A stretch of 64,000 nt of DNA. It comes from a bacterium (GTDB lineage: Bacteria > SAR324 > JACQKK01). Shown here piece by piece: positions 21,820-31,530 of this stretch. The notes beneath the pieces were generated by a model. The model did not search any database, was not told where the DNA came from, and saw only the letters and a program-made list of their open reading frames with translations. Positions within the stretch are counted from its first letter, which is position 1. The number at the start of each line of letters is the position of its first letter. The position numbers and the translations under genes were made by a program. The stretch lies in contig OZ251219.1 in NCBI GenBank assembly GCA_965240465.1, forward strand, positions 64,001 through 128,000, read 5' to 3'.

Positions 21820-23400
21820 GTGAATCGTTTATCTGTGGAACTCAAGGTTGGCCTACTCATCCTCTCAGGGATGTTGATAACGGTATACGCTTCTGTGGCG
21901 GTGACGGGCTGGCGTCCTGGGCAGGGAGATACTTATACATTGTTTGCCAATGTTGAAAATGCTTCTGGATTGCTACCTGGTTCGCCAGTACAGGTAGCTG
22001 GAGTACGGGTTGGAAAGGTGGACGATATTTCCTTAGACGGCAATGAAGCCCGCATGAGGCTAAATTTGTTCAGTCGCTATGTTACTTATTCTGATGCCGA
22101 AATTTCCATTAGATCATTGGGGATTTTGGGCGATAAATATGTGAACCTAAATCTGGGCAGTAAATCAGCAACTCCGTTACCTCCTGGGGGTGAAATTTCG
22201 TTGATAGGTCCCAATACGGGATTAGAAAACCTAGTGAGTAGTATTAGTAATATTGTGTCTGATGTTAGTAATGTCACCAGTGCCCTGCAGGACTCGTTCG
22301 GAAGTAAGCGCGGCCGCAAAAGATTGGAGGCAGTTATGGAAAATATTTCTTTTGCCACTGAAAACATTCACAACATAACCAAAGTTACTAACCAACAAAT
22401 AGAATACATTTTATTCAATCTGCGTGAATTCACGGATAATGTTAACCGCATTTCCAAAGATAATGAAGATGACATCCGTCGTTTAGTAAAGGGATTCGCC
22501 ACATTTGGTGAACAACTGGCCAACATCTCTTCAGCCAATCGCAAGGAAATTGACTCTATCATTCAAAATGTAGAAATATTCTCAGGTGCCCTAGCTGAAA
22601 ACGGACCCAGTATCATACGCGATCTCCGCTTGTTGCTAACCAACAATCGCCAAAAAATTGCTGAAACTGTGGATAACATTAACAACGCTTTTATTCATCT
22701 GGAGGATGCCATGGTGCATGTGGAATCCATCTCAGCTAAGCTAGACGAAGGCGAAGGCACCTTTGGGCGGTTGATTAATGATGACACCACCGTCAACAAC
22801 CTAGACTCAGCTTTGTCTGGAGCTAGCAATTTCTTTGGAAGTACTGGTCGCTTAAAACTGGATGTAGGAGGCCATGTAGAGTACCTTACCCAGGCAGGTA
22901 GCTACAAATCCTTCATTGATCTGCGCTTGAGACCTTTGAAAGACCGCTTTTATGAAATTCAGCTGGTAAAGGACCCTAGAGGCTCCAAAAGAAAGAAGAC
23001 CACTTACACCACTGAAAACGAAGTCACCACTAAAAAGGAAGAAGAAACAACCACAGAAGATATGGAGCTATCTATCAGTATAGGCCAACGCTACTATGAT
23101 ACCATCATACAAGGCGGACTAATAGAAAACTCATTCGGTATCAACCTGCAACAACTATTTGGCCGCCGAGACCAATTCAGTCTGGGAACAAGCATTTGGG
23201 ACTTAGAACGCGATGAAGGAGCTCATCTCAAGCTATATGGTATCTGGCGTGCATTATCTAATACTTTCCTAATTGCAGGGCAAGACGACGTCATCAATAA
23301 CCAACCTGACCAAGTTAATCCTTTTGTCGGGGTAGGCATCCACTTCAATGAGGACTCTCTGCGTCCTTTGGTAGGCACCATAGGGGGGCTAGGACAATAA
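21820..23400 (+). CDS. MCE/MlaD-family protein with long helical region and beta-rich C-terminus
   Basis: 'ELKVG', 'ASGLLPGSPVQVAGVRVGKV', 'GILGDKYVNL', 'GEGTFGRLIND'. Confidence 0.88.
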   Translation: MNRLSVELKVGLLILSGMLITVYASVAVTGWRPGQGDTYTLFANVENASGLLPGSPVQVAGVRVGKVDDISLDGNEARMRLNLFSRYVTYSDAEISIRSLGILGDKYVNLNLGSKSATPLPPGGEISLIGPNTGLENLVSSISNIVSDVSNVTSALQDSFGSKRGRKRLEAVMENISFATENIHNITKVTNQQIEYILFNLREFTDNVNRISKDNEDDIRRLVKGFATFGEQLANISSANRKEIDSIIQNVEIFSGALAENGPSIIRDLRLLLTNNRQKIAETVDNINNAFIHLEDAMVHVESISAKLDEGEGTFGRLINDDTTVNNLDSALSGASNFFGSTGRLKLDVGGHVEYLTQAGSYKSFIDLRLRPLKDRFYEIQLVKDPRGSKRKKTTYTTENEVTTKKEEETTTEDMELSISIGQRYYDTIIQGGLIENSFGINLQQLFGRRDQFSLGTSIWDLERDEGAHLKLYGIWRALSNTFLIAGQDDVINNQPDQVNPFVGVGIHFNEDSLRPLVGTIGGLGQ

Positions 23401-23482
23401 CCTTCAGCAACCATCTGCACATTTATTCCACTTTCTCACCACTATCTTCTTCAACTAAAATAGCATTTGAAAAAAGATACGG

Positions 23483-23893
23483 ATGTCATCTTCACAACAC
23501 CCACCTACGCCTATAAGTATGGTGCTAAAAACCGTGCTGGATAGTCCAGAACACTACCGTACTCTCATCTTCCAGGTAATTTGTGACCACTGGAATACCA
23601 TCGTCAACAATCCAGATATTGTACGCTCCTCTGCACCCATTAAATTAGTCAAAGGTACTCTGTTTATAGGCTCTACCAACCCCACCTGGACATATGAACT
23701 CCAGCTCATGCAACCACACCTGTCGCAAGCGATCCAAAAACTATGTGGCTCGCAGAGCATCAAAGCATTTCGCTTCCAGCACGTTTCTCAACTACCTAAA
23801 AAAACCACTTCCCTGCCCACAGCAGTTGCCATCCAGCTTTCCAACTCCGCCAAAAAACACTTTCAGCAACTCCGAGTACAACTGCGTTCATAA
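23483..23893 (+). CDS. DciA/DUF721 family helicase-loading factor
   Basis: 'HWNTIV..SAPIKLVKGTLFIGSTNPTWTYELQLM' matches the DUF721 pattern. Confidence 0.75.
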   Translation: MSSSQHPPTPISMVLKTVLDSPEHYRTLIFQVICDHWNTIVNNPDIVRSSAPIKLVKGTLFIGSTNPTWTYELQLMQPHLSQAIQKLCGSQSIKAFRFQHVSQLPKKTTSLPTAVAIQLSNSAKKHFQQLRVQLRS

Positions 23894-23988
23894 CTACCAA
23901 GTCAATGGTAAATTGTAGTCAACCATATTTTTGTAGAAAAAATAATGGCAAGGCCAATTGTACAAAGCAATGAGGCATTTTTTAATGA

Positions 23989-24828
23989 TTGTTGATGTTA
24001 GATGCACACACTCACTTAATAGACCATTCCTTTGCAAATGACCTTCCCCTGGTTTTGCAAGCTTCCGCTAAGGCAGGAGTACGAGGAATCGTGGTGGTCG
24101 GACAGAATGCAGATGAAAATGAGAAGGTGTTAAATTTGGTAAAGCAACAGGCAAGCAAGAACACAAATCTTCCTTTTTTGTTGCCTTTTCTGGGTTTCCA
24201 TCCCGATTTGTTTGCTGATTCCAAGCCTCTGCCTACCAAGCAAGATTGGGAGAGGGTAATCTTGCAAATTGAACATCACGCAAATGAGATAAAAGGAAGG
24301 GGAGGAATAGGCGAGGTAGGATTAGATGATTTTGTTTGCCGCACAAGGGAAAGAAGGCATCTGCAACGTGAAGCATTTGAGCAATTAGTACACGTGGCAA
24401 TTAATCTTGGACTGCCATTGAATGTTCATTCACGAAGCTGCGGCAAGCGGACTCTGGAACTGCTACTAAGGATGGGTGCTAAACAGGTACTGATGCATGC
24501 CTTTGACGGCAAAGCAGGACACGCAATGCTAGGAGCCGAAATGGGGTACGTTTTTTCGGTACCTGCAACGGTGATACATTCTGAACAGAAGCAAAGGATG
24601 GTAAGGGCATTGCCATTGCATGCCTTAGCCTTAGAAACCGATAGCCCTGCTTTAGGACCACTAGCAGGTGAACGCAATACTCCGATGAATGTATGTATTG
24701 TCCGGGATTGCCTAGCTAAATTAAAGCATCTCACTGCAACAGAAATAACCTATGTCACCACCCAAAACATTCAGCGAGTCTTTGCCCTCTCATTCCAAGG
24801 GAAACCAGACCAGCAAGCAACAAATTGA
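23989..24828 (+). CDS. TatD-family nuclease (TATDN3-like subtype)
   Basis: 'DAHTH', 'GFHP', 'IGEVGLD', 'NVHSR', 'MHAF', 'LETDSP'. Confidence 0.92.
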   Translation: MLMLDAHTHLIDHSFANDLPLVLQASAKAGVRGIVVVGQNADENEKVLNLVKQQASKNTNLPFLLPFLGFHPDLFADSKPLPTKQDWERVILQIEHHANEIKGRGGIGEVGLDDFVCRTRERRHLQREAFEQLVHVAINLGLPLNVHSRSCGKRTLELLLRMGAKQVLMHAFDGKAGHAMLGAEMGYVFSVPATVIHSEQKQRMVRALPLHALALETDSPALGPLAGERNTPMNVCIVRDCLAKLKHLTATEITYVTTQNIQRVFALSFQGKPDQQATN

Positions 24829-24913
24829 TAATCGCATTACCCAGCAAGATGCGTCTTCAACCGAAAAGAGAAAGGCGGCACTCCCCTGCATAGTAATCAA
24901 TGCTCGCGGAGGA

Positions 24914-25429
24914 ATGATATTTCGGATACGTGCGTTTGAAAGAAAAGACATAGACAGCCTCTATTTTTTAATGCATCGCTGTTGTCCACCTAAATTGATG
25001 CCGTCGTTTGAACAATTGCTTCACTTGTTATTACAGCCGAATTCAGCTGTATTGGTCGCTCAGCTGATACAGGGAGATTCATTCGGTTTGGCGGGAGGGG
25101 TACTCGTTTGCTGGGATAAAAGTGGCTCTGTGATGGAATTATGCTGGTGTGGAACACATGAACATTTTCGCCGTCGTGGATTAGGAAGAGGAATGATGAA
25201 AGTGGTAAAAGATCTGGCCATTCGCCAAGGATTGCAGGAATTGGTGAAGGGAATAGAAAAAGAAAACCAAACAGGCCAAGATTTCTTAACAGCCCTAGGT
25301 TTTCATGATAGCAACCACGAACATCCTGTGCTCTGGGGAAAAATTAAGGGACATGCATGGCGGCTAAAACTATCTGCTTCAGCTTCTTCTACGGCACAGA
25401 TTCATGATAAGAAAAAAAGCAAAGGATAA
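24914..25429 (+). CDS. GNAT-family acetyltransferase (start uncertain)
   Basis: Acetyl-CoA motif 'HFRRRGLGRGMM' and 'N..G..FL..LGF'. Confidence 0.8.
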   Translation: MIFRIRAFERKDIDSLYFLMHRCCPPKLMPSFEQLLHLLLQPNSAVLVAQLIQGDSFGLAGGVLVCWDKSGSVMELCWCGTHEHFRRRGLGRGMMKVVKDLAIRQGLQELVKGIEKENQTGQDFLTALGFHDSNHEHPVLWGKIKGHAWRLKLSASASSTAQIHDKKKSKG

Positions 25430-25432
25430 TGC

Positions 25433-26233
25433 ATGAAATCCTGTGGCATCATCACATTGACAACCGATTTTGGCGACAATGACGGCTTTGTAGGAGCCAT
25501 GCGAGGACGTTTATTACGATTAGCCCCTCAAGCACTTGTTTATGATATCAGCCATAACAATCCCCCCCAAGATATTTATGCCGCCGCTTGGTGTTTGCGT
25601 CGTGCTGCCCCTGAGTGGCCACAGGGAACTATTCATATGGCAGTAGTAGATCCAGAAGTAGGATCTGATAGGGAAGCTCTCGCTATTTGCTCACCTCAAG
25701 GATGGTTTATTGGCCCCGATAACGGGGTACTCACTCTGGCAGCAGAACACCAAGGCATCTCGCAAGTATGGGCTATAGACAGGCAAGCTTTGTCACCTAA
25801 TAATTCCAAGGAAAAAACAACCACCTTTGACGGCCTCAATCTATTTGTTCCCCTCGCAGTAAAATTACTACAAGGTACTGCTCTGAGTTCCCTTGGACAA
25901 GAAATAGAAGACTATAACCGCATTAAGCTTACTAACCCGATAAAAAGGGGTAATTGGCTAATAGGACACGCATTATTACCAGATCGCTTTGGTAACTGTA
26001 TTACGGACATAACCCGCGAAGACCTACCTCAGCTGAGGCAAATCCAAACCATTCAATGTGGTAAAAATTATGCTCGTACCTGCACTCATTACAGCGAGCT
26101 ATTAAAGAAAGATGAGGTGGGAGCTTTATTCAATAGCAGCGGATACTTAGAATTAGCTATATTCTGCAAATCTGTTTGGAAACACTGGAATCTGCATCAA
26201 GGGGCTGAAATTCAAATACAACTAGAATCCTAA
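25433..26233 (+). CDS. SAM hydroxide adenosyltransferase (DUF62; chlorinase/fluorinase superfamily)
   Basis: 'ITLTTDFG', 'DISH', 'VVDPEVG', 'GPDNG', 'DRFGN', 'NSSGYLELA'. Confidence 0.88.
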   Translation: MKSCGIITLTTDFGDNDGFVGAMRGRLLRLAPQALVYDISHNNPPQDIYAAAWCLRRAAPEWPQGTIHMAVVDPEVGSDREALAICSPQGWFIGPDNGVLTLAAEHQGISQVWAIDRQALSPNNSKEKTTTFDGLNLFVPLAVKLLQGTALSSLGQEIEDYNRIKLTNPIKRGNWLIGHALLPDRFGNCITDITREDLPQLRQIQTIQCGKNYARTCTHYSELLKKDEVGALFNSSGYLELAIFCKSVWKHWNLHQGAEIQIQLES

Positions 26234-26252
26234 CCACAGGCAAGTTATCCAT

Positions 26253-27272
26253 ATGGCATCACCTTTATTTCCTTCAGCTATCTTTCCCGCTGTTCGCAAG
26301 CGGAGATTGCGTGAAAACCCAACCTTGCGTTGTATGGTGCGTGAAAATAATCTTCAGGCTAGCCAGCTTATTCTCCCCTTGTTTGTGGTTCATGGAAAAC
26401 AAATACGTAAAATAATTGCTTCTATGCCAGAGGTGTTTCGCCTTTCTGTCGACCAAATTGCTAAAGAAGCTACCCGGGCATGGAAGGTAGGCATCAAGTC
26501 AGTAATCTTATTCGGTGTTCCTGAGAAAAAAGATGAACAAGGACGCCATGCCACCGACCCCGAGGGACTCATTCCTCAAGCCATCAGAGCCATAAAATTG
26601 CAATTGCCTGACATGGTAGTCATCACCGATGTTTGTCTTTGTGAGTGGCTATCTCACGGACACTGCGGCTTGGTAAAACAAGAACGCGTTCTTAACGATG
26701 CTACTTTGCCTGTACTCAATAGAATGGCTTTGGCACACGCTAGAGCTGGGGCTGACATGGTAGCCCCTTCGGATATGATGGATGGACGCGTGGAAGCAAT
26801 GAGAAAGTACTTGGACAAAGAAGGGGCCTCTCACATTCCAATAATGTCCTATTCTGCAAAATTTGCGTCTTCCTTTTATGGTCCATTTCGGGATGCCGCA
26901 GGAGGCAGCCCACAATTTGGCGACCGTTCTTCTTATCAAATGGATGTCGCCAACGGACGTGAAGCTGTTCACGAAGTTTTGTTAGACGTAGCTGAAGCTG
27001 CAGACATAGTGATGATCAAGCCAGCACTGCCTTGTTTGGACGTGATCCGCTCGGTGAGAGAGCTAGTGCTACTACCTTTGGCTGCCTATCAAGTTAGCGG
27101 TGAGTACGCCATGATCTGGGCTGCCGCAGAAAAAGGCTGGTTGGATTTAGAAAAAGCAATGCTAGAAACACTACTAGCCATCCGTAGGGCGGGAGCAGAT
27201 TTAATCCTGACCTACTTTGCCATCCGTGCGGCAGTTGTACTAAATAAAGAAGGCAAGCAATCCAAACCCTAG
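26253..27272 (+). CDS. hemB: Porphobilinogen synthase (Zn-binding type)
   Basis: 'DVCLCEWLSHGHCG', 'APSDMMDGR', 'YGPFRDA', 'AYQVSGEY'. Confidence 0.97.
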   Translation: MASPLFPSAIFPAVRKRRLRENPTLRCMVRENNLQASQLILPLFVVHGKQIRKIIASMPEVFRLSVDQIAKEATRAWKVGIKSVILFGVPEKKDEQGRHATDPEGLIPQAIRAIKLQLPDMVVITDVCLCEWLSHGHCGLVKQERVLNDATLPVLNRMALAHARAGADMVAPSDMMDGRVEAMRKYLDKEGASHIPIMSYSAKFASSFYGPFRDAAGGSPQFGDRSSYQMDVANGREAVHEVLLDVAEAADIVMIKPALPCLDVIRSVRELVLLPLAAYQVSGEYAMIWAAAEKGWLDLEKAMLETLLAIRRAGADLILTYFAIRAAVVLNKEGKQSKP

Positions 27273-27317
27273 AAAGGGAGGTTCTTCACCTCTGGCAAAT
27301 AACCCCTGTCTTCCTAA

Positions 27318-27677
27318 TTAATTGCACTGAATAACAACTGCGTCATATTCCCACATCTCTCCAGAGCCATAATCTTCCAGGGCATAAATGAATAAATTTA
27401 AAGCATTCAGCCAGAATAGACTAGAAACCTTTACAGGCACCACGGTAGAAGTAGCACAACCTTTTGTACTAGTAGAAATAATTAGGTCATTACGGTTACG
27501 GGATATTTTTACATCGCCAGGGCCACTGAATGAATACCCATTCACCTTGCCCACAAAAGGCTTACCGTTAGACGAAGTAATACTGACGGTTTGCAAATTT
27601 GAATTAAATAAGGTTGCACAAGAAGAACCAAGCAACATAACAAATACAGCTACTAAAGCGGTGAGTTTTAATTTCAT
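27318..27677 (-). CDS. Small lipoprotein, tandem paralog 2
   Basis: Signal peptide with lipobox-like 'LGSSC'; 98/119 aa identical to neighbour (hand count). Confidence 0.8.
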   Translation of the reverse strand: MKLKLTALVAVFVMLLGSSCATLFNSNLQTVSITSSNGKPFVGKVNGYSFSGPGDVKISRNRNDLIISTSTKGCATSTVVPVKVSSLFWLNALNLFIYALEDYGSGEMWEYDAVVIQCN

Positions 27678-27690
27678 TTATTTCTCCTAA

Positions 27691-28050
27691 TTAGTTGCAC
27701 TGAATAACAACTGCGTCATATTCCCACATCTCTCCAGAGGCATAATCATCCAGGGCAGCAATGAATAAATTTAAAGCATTCAGCCAGAATATACTAGAAA
27801 CCTTTGCAGCCACCACGGTAGAAGCAACACAACCCTTTGTACTAGTATTAATAACTAAGTCATTACGGCTACGAGACACTTTTACCTGACCAGGGCCACT
27901 GAATGAATACCCATTCACCTTGCCCACAAAAGGCTTATTGTTTGATGCAGCAATACTGACGGTTTGCAAATTTGAATTAAATAAGGTTGCACAAGAAGAA
28001 CTAAACAACATAACAAATACAGTTGTTAAAGCCGTGAGTGTTAATTTCAT
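27691..28050 (-). CDS. Small lipoprotein, tandem paralog 1
   Basis: Signal peptide ending 'FSSSC'; same length and two further conserved Cys. Confidence 0.8.
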   Translation of the reverse strand: MKLTLTALTTVFVMLFSSSCATLFNSNLQTVSIAASNNKPFVGKVNGYSFSGPGQVKVSRSRNDLVINTSTKGCVASTVVAAKVSSIFWLNALNLFIAALDDYASGEMWEYDAVVIQCN

Positions 28051-28150
28051 TTTTCTGCCTACTAGATAGATAATTTAACCCCCAGCAACAGGAGGAGTAC
28101 TCTGTGACCGCTACAGCATTGCAAAAACAATGTCAATAAATACATTCTTG

Positions 28151-28369
28151 CTATTTTTCGCGATAAGTAATTCTTCCCCGGCTAAGGTCATAAGGGGAAA
28201 CCTGCACTTTTACCTTATCCCCAGGCAAAATGCGAATGTAATGCATACGCATCTTACCTGAAATATGAGCTAACAGCTTATGGCCGTTTTCCAGCTCTAC
28301 TCTGAACATAGCATTAGGCAAAGATTCTTGTACAGTTCCTGCCATTTCAACGTGGTCTTCTTTGCTCAA
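28151..28369 (-). CDS. infA: Translation initiation factor IF-1 (TTG start)
   Basis: '[33 protein letters not shown]'. Confidence 0.98.
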   Translation of the reverse strand: MSKEDHVEMAGTVQESLPNAMFRVELENGHKLLAHISGKMRMHYIRILPGDKVKVQVSPYDLSRGRITYREK

Positions 28370-28476
28370 ATGATGTTCCTAACTGGCAAACGAAAACGAA
28401 CCCCCACCGATCAAAGCATACCCAGCTATCAAAAAACAACCTCTAAGCCGAGTACGCTACTATGAATGACTAGAAT

Positions 28477-29130
28477 TTATGGTGAAATACCTTCAAAAAG
28501 CACTGCGATGCGTTCACTGACCTTATCCAACGAGCCATCTGCTTGAACAGTACGCAATAGTCCTTGCTGTTGATAAAACATTTTCAACGGCGAGGTGCTT
28601 TCTTGGTAAGCATCCAGACGGGTTTGCACGTTATCTGGATGATCATCTACCCTTTGGATTATGGTCGTTCGGCAAACTGGACAGGTATCTTTTTGTGGTG
28701 GAGGGTTAAATTCCACATGCCATTCGCCGTGGCCGTTGGGGCAGATCCTTCTACCAGATAATCGTTTCAACAGTAGATCTTGGTCCAGTTCAAAACTAAC
28801 CACAAAATCTAGAGATTTTTTCAGAGATGCTAATTTTTCCCCCATGGCTTCTGCTTGGGGAATTGTGCGGGGAAAGCCATCCAGAATGAATCCCAATGAA
28901 GCACTAGATTGCTGAATTCTATCTAAAATTAGATCAATCACAATTCTATCGGGTACTAGGAGGCCGCTGTCTAAAAACTTTTCTACCTCAATACCCAGAG
29001 GAGTTTTTTGTTTAATGGCTTCTCTCAAAAAATCGCCCGCAGACAATTGAGGGACACCAAAGCGCTTTTGCATACATTTGGCTTGGGTACCCTTTCCAGA
29101 TCCTGGTGGTCCTAAGAAGATCGTTCGCAT
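28477..29130 (-). CDS. adk: Adenylate kinase
   Basis: 'GPPGSGKGTQ', 'LDGFPRT', LID domain. Confidence 0.97.
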   Translation of the reverse strand: MRTIFLGPPGSGKGTQAKCMQKRFGVPQLSAGDFLREAIKQKTPLGIEVEKFLDSGLLVPDRIVIDLILDRIQQSSASLGFILDGFPRTIPQAEAMGEKLASLKKSLDFVVSFELDQDLLLKRLSGRRICPNGHGEWHVEFNPPPQKDTCPVCRTTIIQRVDDHPDNVQTRLDAYQESTSPLKMFYQQQGLLRTVQADGSLDKVSERIAVLFEGISP

Positions 29131-29178
29131 GGATTTTCAGCATATGTAAGGACAGAAAATTAACAGGCAGGAGATTAT

Positions 29179-30507
29179 TTATACCCTAAGGGTTCGCATT
29201 CCTGTTCGTTTTTTTCCTTTTTGCAGAAATCCGTCATAATTACGGTTAAGCAGGAAGGATTCCAATTGACGCATAGTATCTATGCCCACTCCAACTACAA
29301 TTAACAAAGCTGTGCCGCCAAAGAAAAAAGGAACATTAAGCAGATTAAATAGAATAACGGGCATCACACAAATGGTGGCTAAATAGATAGCACCTCCGAA
29401 AGTTATACGGGTGAGAACATGGTTGATATACTCGGCAGTTTTTTCACCAGGACGTATACCAGGGATATAGCCCCCAAAGCGTTTCATTTCATCTGATATT
29501 TTAACCGGGTTGAATTGAATAGCGGTGTAGAAATAACAGAAAAAGAAAATCATTATCACATATAGAAAATTATATAAAAAAGCGGTGGGAGAAAGTTGAG
29601 TGCTAATTTTCTGTACCCATGGGGCTTGAATAAAACTAGTGATGGTGGCAGGAAAAGCCAGTATTGAAGAAGCAAAAATAGGAGGAATAACACCCGCAGA
29701 ATTAATTTTCAGAGGGAGATGAGAGCTTTGACCTGCCATTACTTGTCTTCCTTGCTGCCTTTTGGCGTACTGGACGGTAATTTTGCGGATGGAGGTTTCC
29801 ATAAATATGATGGCAAAAACAACTGCAATCATAATCACTCCAATGGGGATAAGAATAATTGCACTGATCTCACCTGCTTGAACAAGACGTAAGGTATTCA
29901 ATATAGCAGTGGGGATAGAAGCCACAATTCCTGCAAAAATAATCATTGAAATGCCATTGCCGATTCCACGTTCGTTAATTTGCTCTCCGATCCACATTAA
30001 GAAAGCAGTGCCTGCAGTGAGAGTAATAACTGTTAGTAGTCTGAACCCCCAAATTGGCATCTCATCCAAGACAACAGGCACTCCCGTAGGAGCCGACATA
30101 CTTTGTAGCCCAACAGAAATGCCGAAGCTTTGCACTAAACTAAGCCCAATAGTGCTGTAGCGGGTGTAGCGGGTAATTTTCCTACGTCCAAGTTCTCCCT
30201 CACGGCTTAGTCTTTCTAGGTACGGAAAAACCACTGTGAATAGCTGTATGATGATAGACGCACTGATATAGGGAACGACCCCCAATGCAAATATTGTGAG
30301 TCTTTGCAAAGCACCGCCCGAGAAGAGATCAAAAAAATCAAAAATCCCTCCTGCCTGAGATTGGAAAAAAGCGGCCATGGCTTGTCTATCAATTCCTGGG
30401 GTGGGAATGTGTGCGCCAAGGCGGAAAACCATCAGCATCAAAAATACAAATATGATTCTGTTTCGCAGTTCTTCAATGCGAAGCACATCTCTAAAGGGAC
30501 CCAGCAT
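29179..30507 (-). CDS. secY: Preprotein translocase SecY
   Basis: 'IFALGVVPYISASII', 'GIGNGISMII', 'IPGIRPG', 'FGGTALLIVV'. Confidence 0.99.
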   Translation of the reverse strand: MLGPFRDVLRIEELRNRIIFVFLMLMVFRLGAHIPTPGIDRQAMAAFFQSQAGGIFDFFDLFSGGALQRLTIFALGVVPYISASIIIQLFTVVFPYLERLSREGELGRRKITRYTRYSTIGLSLVQSFGISVGLQSMSAPTGVPVVLDEMPIWGFRLLTVITLTAGTAFLMWIGEQINERGIGNGISMIIFAGIVASIPTAILNTLRLVQAGEISAIILIPIGVIMIAVVFAIIFMETSIRKITVQYAKRQQGRQVMAGQSSHLPLKINSAGVIPPIFASSILAFPATITSFIQAPWVQKISTQLSPTAFLYNFLYVIMIFFFCYFYTAIQFNPVKISDEMKRFGGYIPGIRPGEKTAEYINHVLTRITFGGAIYLATICVMPVILFNLLNVPFFFGGTALLIVVGVGIDTMRQLESFLLNRNYDGFLQKGKKRTGMRTLRV

Positions 30508-30548
30508 ACTTAATTTCTAGAAAGTAGGTTATTGGAAGAAGGATATGT

Positions 30549-31046
30549 CTATTTTTTATTAGACTCTTGTTGTAGGGATTTTTTAGTAGTTGGAAGTGCT
30601 TTTTTTATCACAATTGCTTGACCACCTGCAGCCTTAATTTTTTCTACCGCGGCACCGCTAAAATTATGAACATTGATGGTAATAGGTTGAGTGATATTCC
30701 CCATTGCCAAAAGCTTGACAGGTCGCTTGAGATTGCGGATAACACGGGCGTTTTGGAGATCTTGGGGGTGAATTTCTTTTTTGTTTACGAGATCTACATG
30801 CTGAAGGGTTCTGAGGTTGATGACCCAGTATCTAGTACGAAATAGGTGGTTATTAAAACCTCGTCTGGGGAGGCGTCTTCGCAGGGGAGTTTGTCCGCCT
30901 TCAAAGCCGGGAGCTACAGTACCTCTTGCGTGCTGGCCTTTTTGTCCTCTACCGCAGGTTTTACCGAGGGTGCTGGCACGTCCTCTACCTTTGCGTTGGG
31001 ATTTTTTTGTAGATGCGGGGGTGTTTCTTAAATTATGAAGTTCCAT
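30549..31046 (-). CDS. rplO: 50S ribosomal protein L15
   Basis: 'GKTCGRGQKGQ', 'FEGGQTPL.RRLP.RGF'. Confidence 0.97.
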   Translation of the reverse strand: MELHNLRNTPASTKKSQRKGRGRASTLGKTCGRGQKGQHARGTVAPGFEGGQTPLRRRLPRRGFNNHLFRTRYWVINLRTLQHVDLVNKKEIHPQDLQNARVIRNLKRPVKLLAMGNITQPITINVHNFSGAAVEKIKAAGGQAIVIKKALPTTKKSLQQESNKK

Positions 31047-31093
31047 GGTCTAATAAAGTATGCGGTTTAGATGTCTATGATTTTACAGATTTT

Positions 31094-31495
31094 TCACTTG
31101 TCTACTTTTGGGGTTGCCTTTGCTATTTTGGCACCAGTAGCTTGCTTGGCAGTGCCTCCCTTAGTAGTTGCCTTTTTGTTAGTCTCTTTTTCTGGAGAAC
31201 TTTTCTTAGGAGCATATTTTTTTTGATTAGATGCCCTTTGCGTTTGCATTTTTTTTAAAGTTTCCACTTTGGTAGAAACTTGTTCACTAGCAACTTTTGC
31301 ACCACTAGATACAGCTTCTCCTGTAACTTCTACCAGATGGCGTACCTTAAACAGCATCCCCTGTATTTGAGGAGTGTCCGTTATCTCTCTAATCTGATTA
31401 ATGCGATTCAATCCCAGTGATTTTAGGGTCTCTTTTTGCTGCTTGGCAAACCCGATAGCACTTTTTGTGAGCTTGATGCGAAGCTTTTTTTTCAT
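31094..31495 (-). CDS. rpmD: 50S ribosomal protein L30 with ~75-aa Lys/Ala/Thr-rich C-terminal tail
   Basis: First ~58 aa are L30 ('[30 protein letters not shown]'); position between rpsE and rplO. Confidence 0.93.
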   Translation of the reverse strand: MKKKLRIKLTKSAIGFAKQQKETLKSLGLNRINQIREITDTPQIQGMLFKVRHLVEVTGEAVSSGAKVASEQVSTKVETLKKMQTQRASNQKKYAPKKSSPEKETNKKATTKGGTAKQATGAKIAKATPKVDK

Positions 31496-31530
31496 TGTTT
31501 GTAACTGTAATATAATGTAATAAAGGCAAC

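Larger units (their letters stand above)
27318..28050. repeat. Tandem gene duplication, 373-bp period
   Basis: Long identical tracts, e.g. ttgcactgaataacaactgcgtcatattcccacatctctccagag, in both copies. Confidence 0.95.

Noticed and set aside
25433-26233. Fluorinase/chlorinase (halogenation pathway)
   Set aside because: Housekeeping context with no biosynthetic cluster; the common DUF62 SAM hydrolase is the simpler reading.
28051-28150. Hidden rpmJ after infA
   Set aside because: The 100-bp gap is too short and has no L36-like frame.
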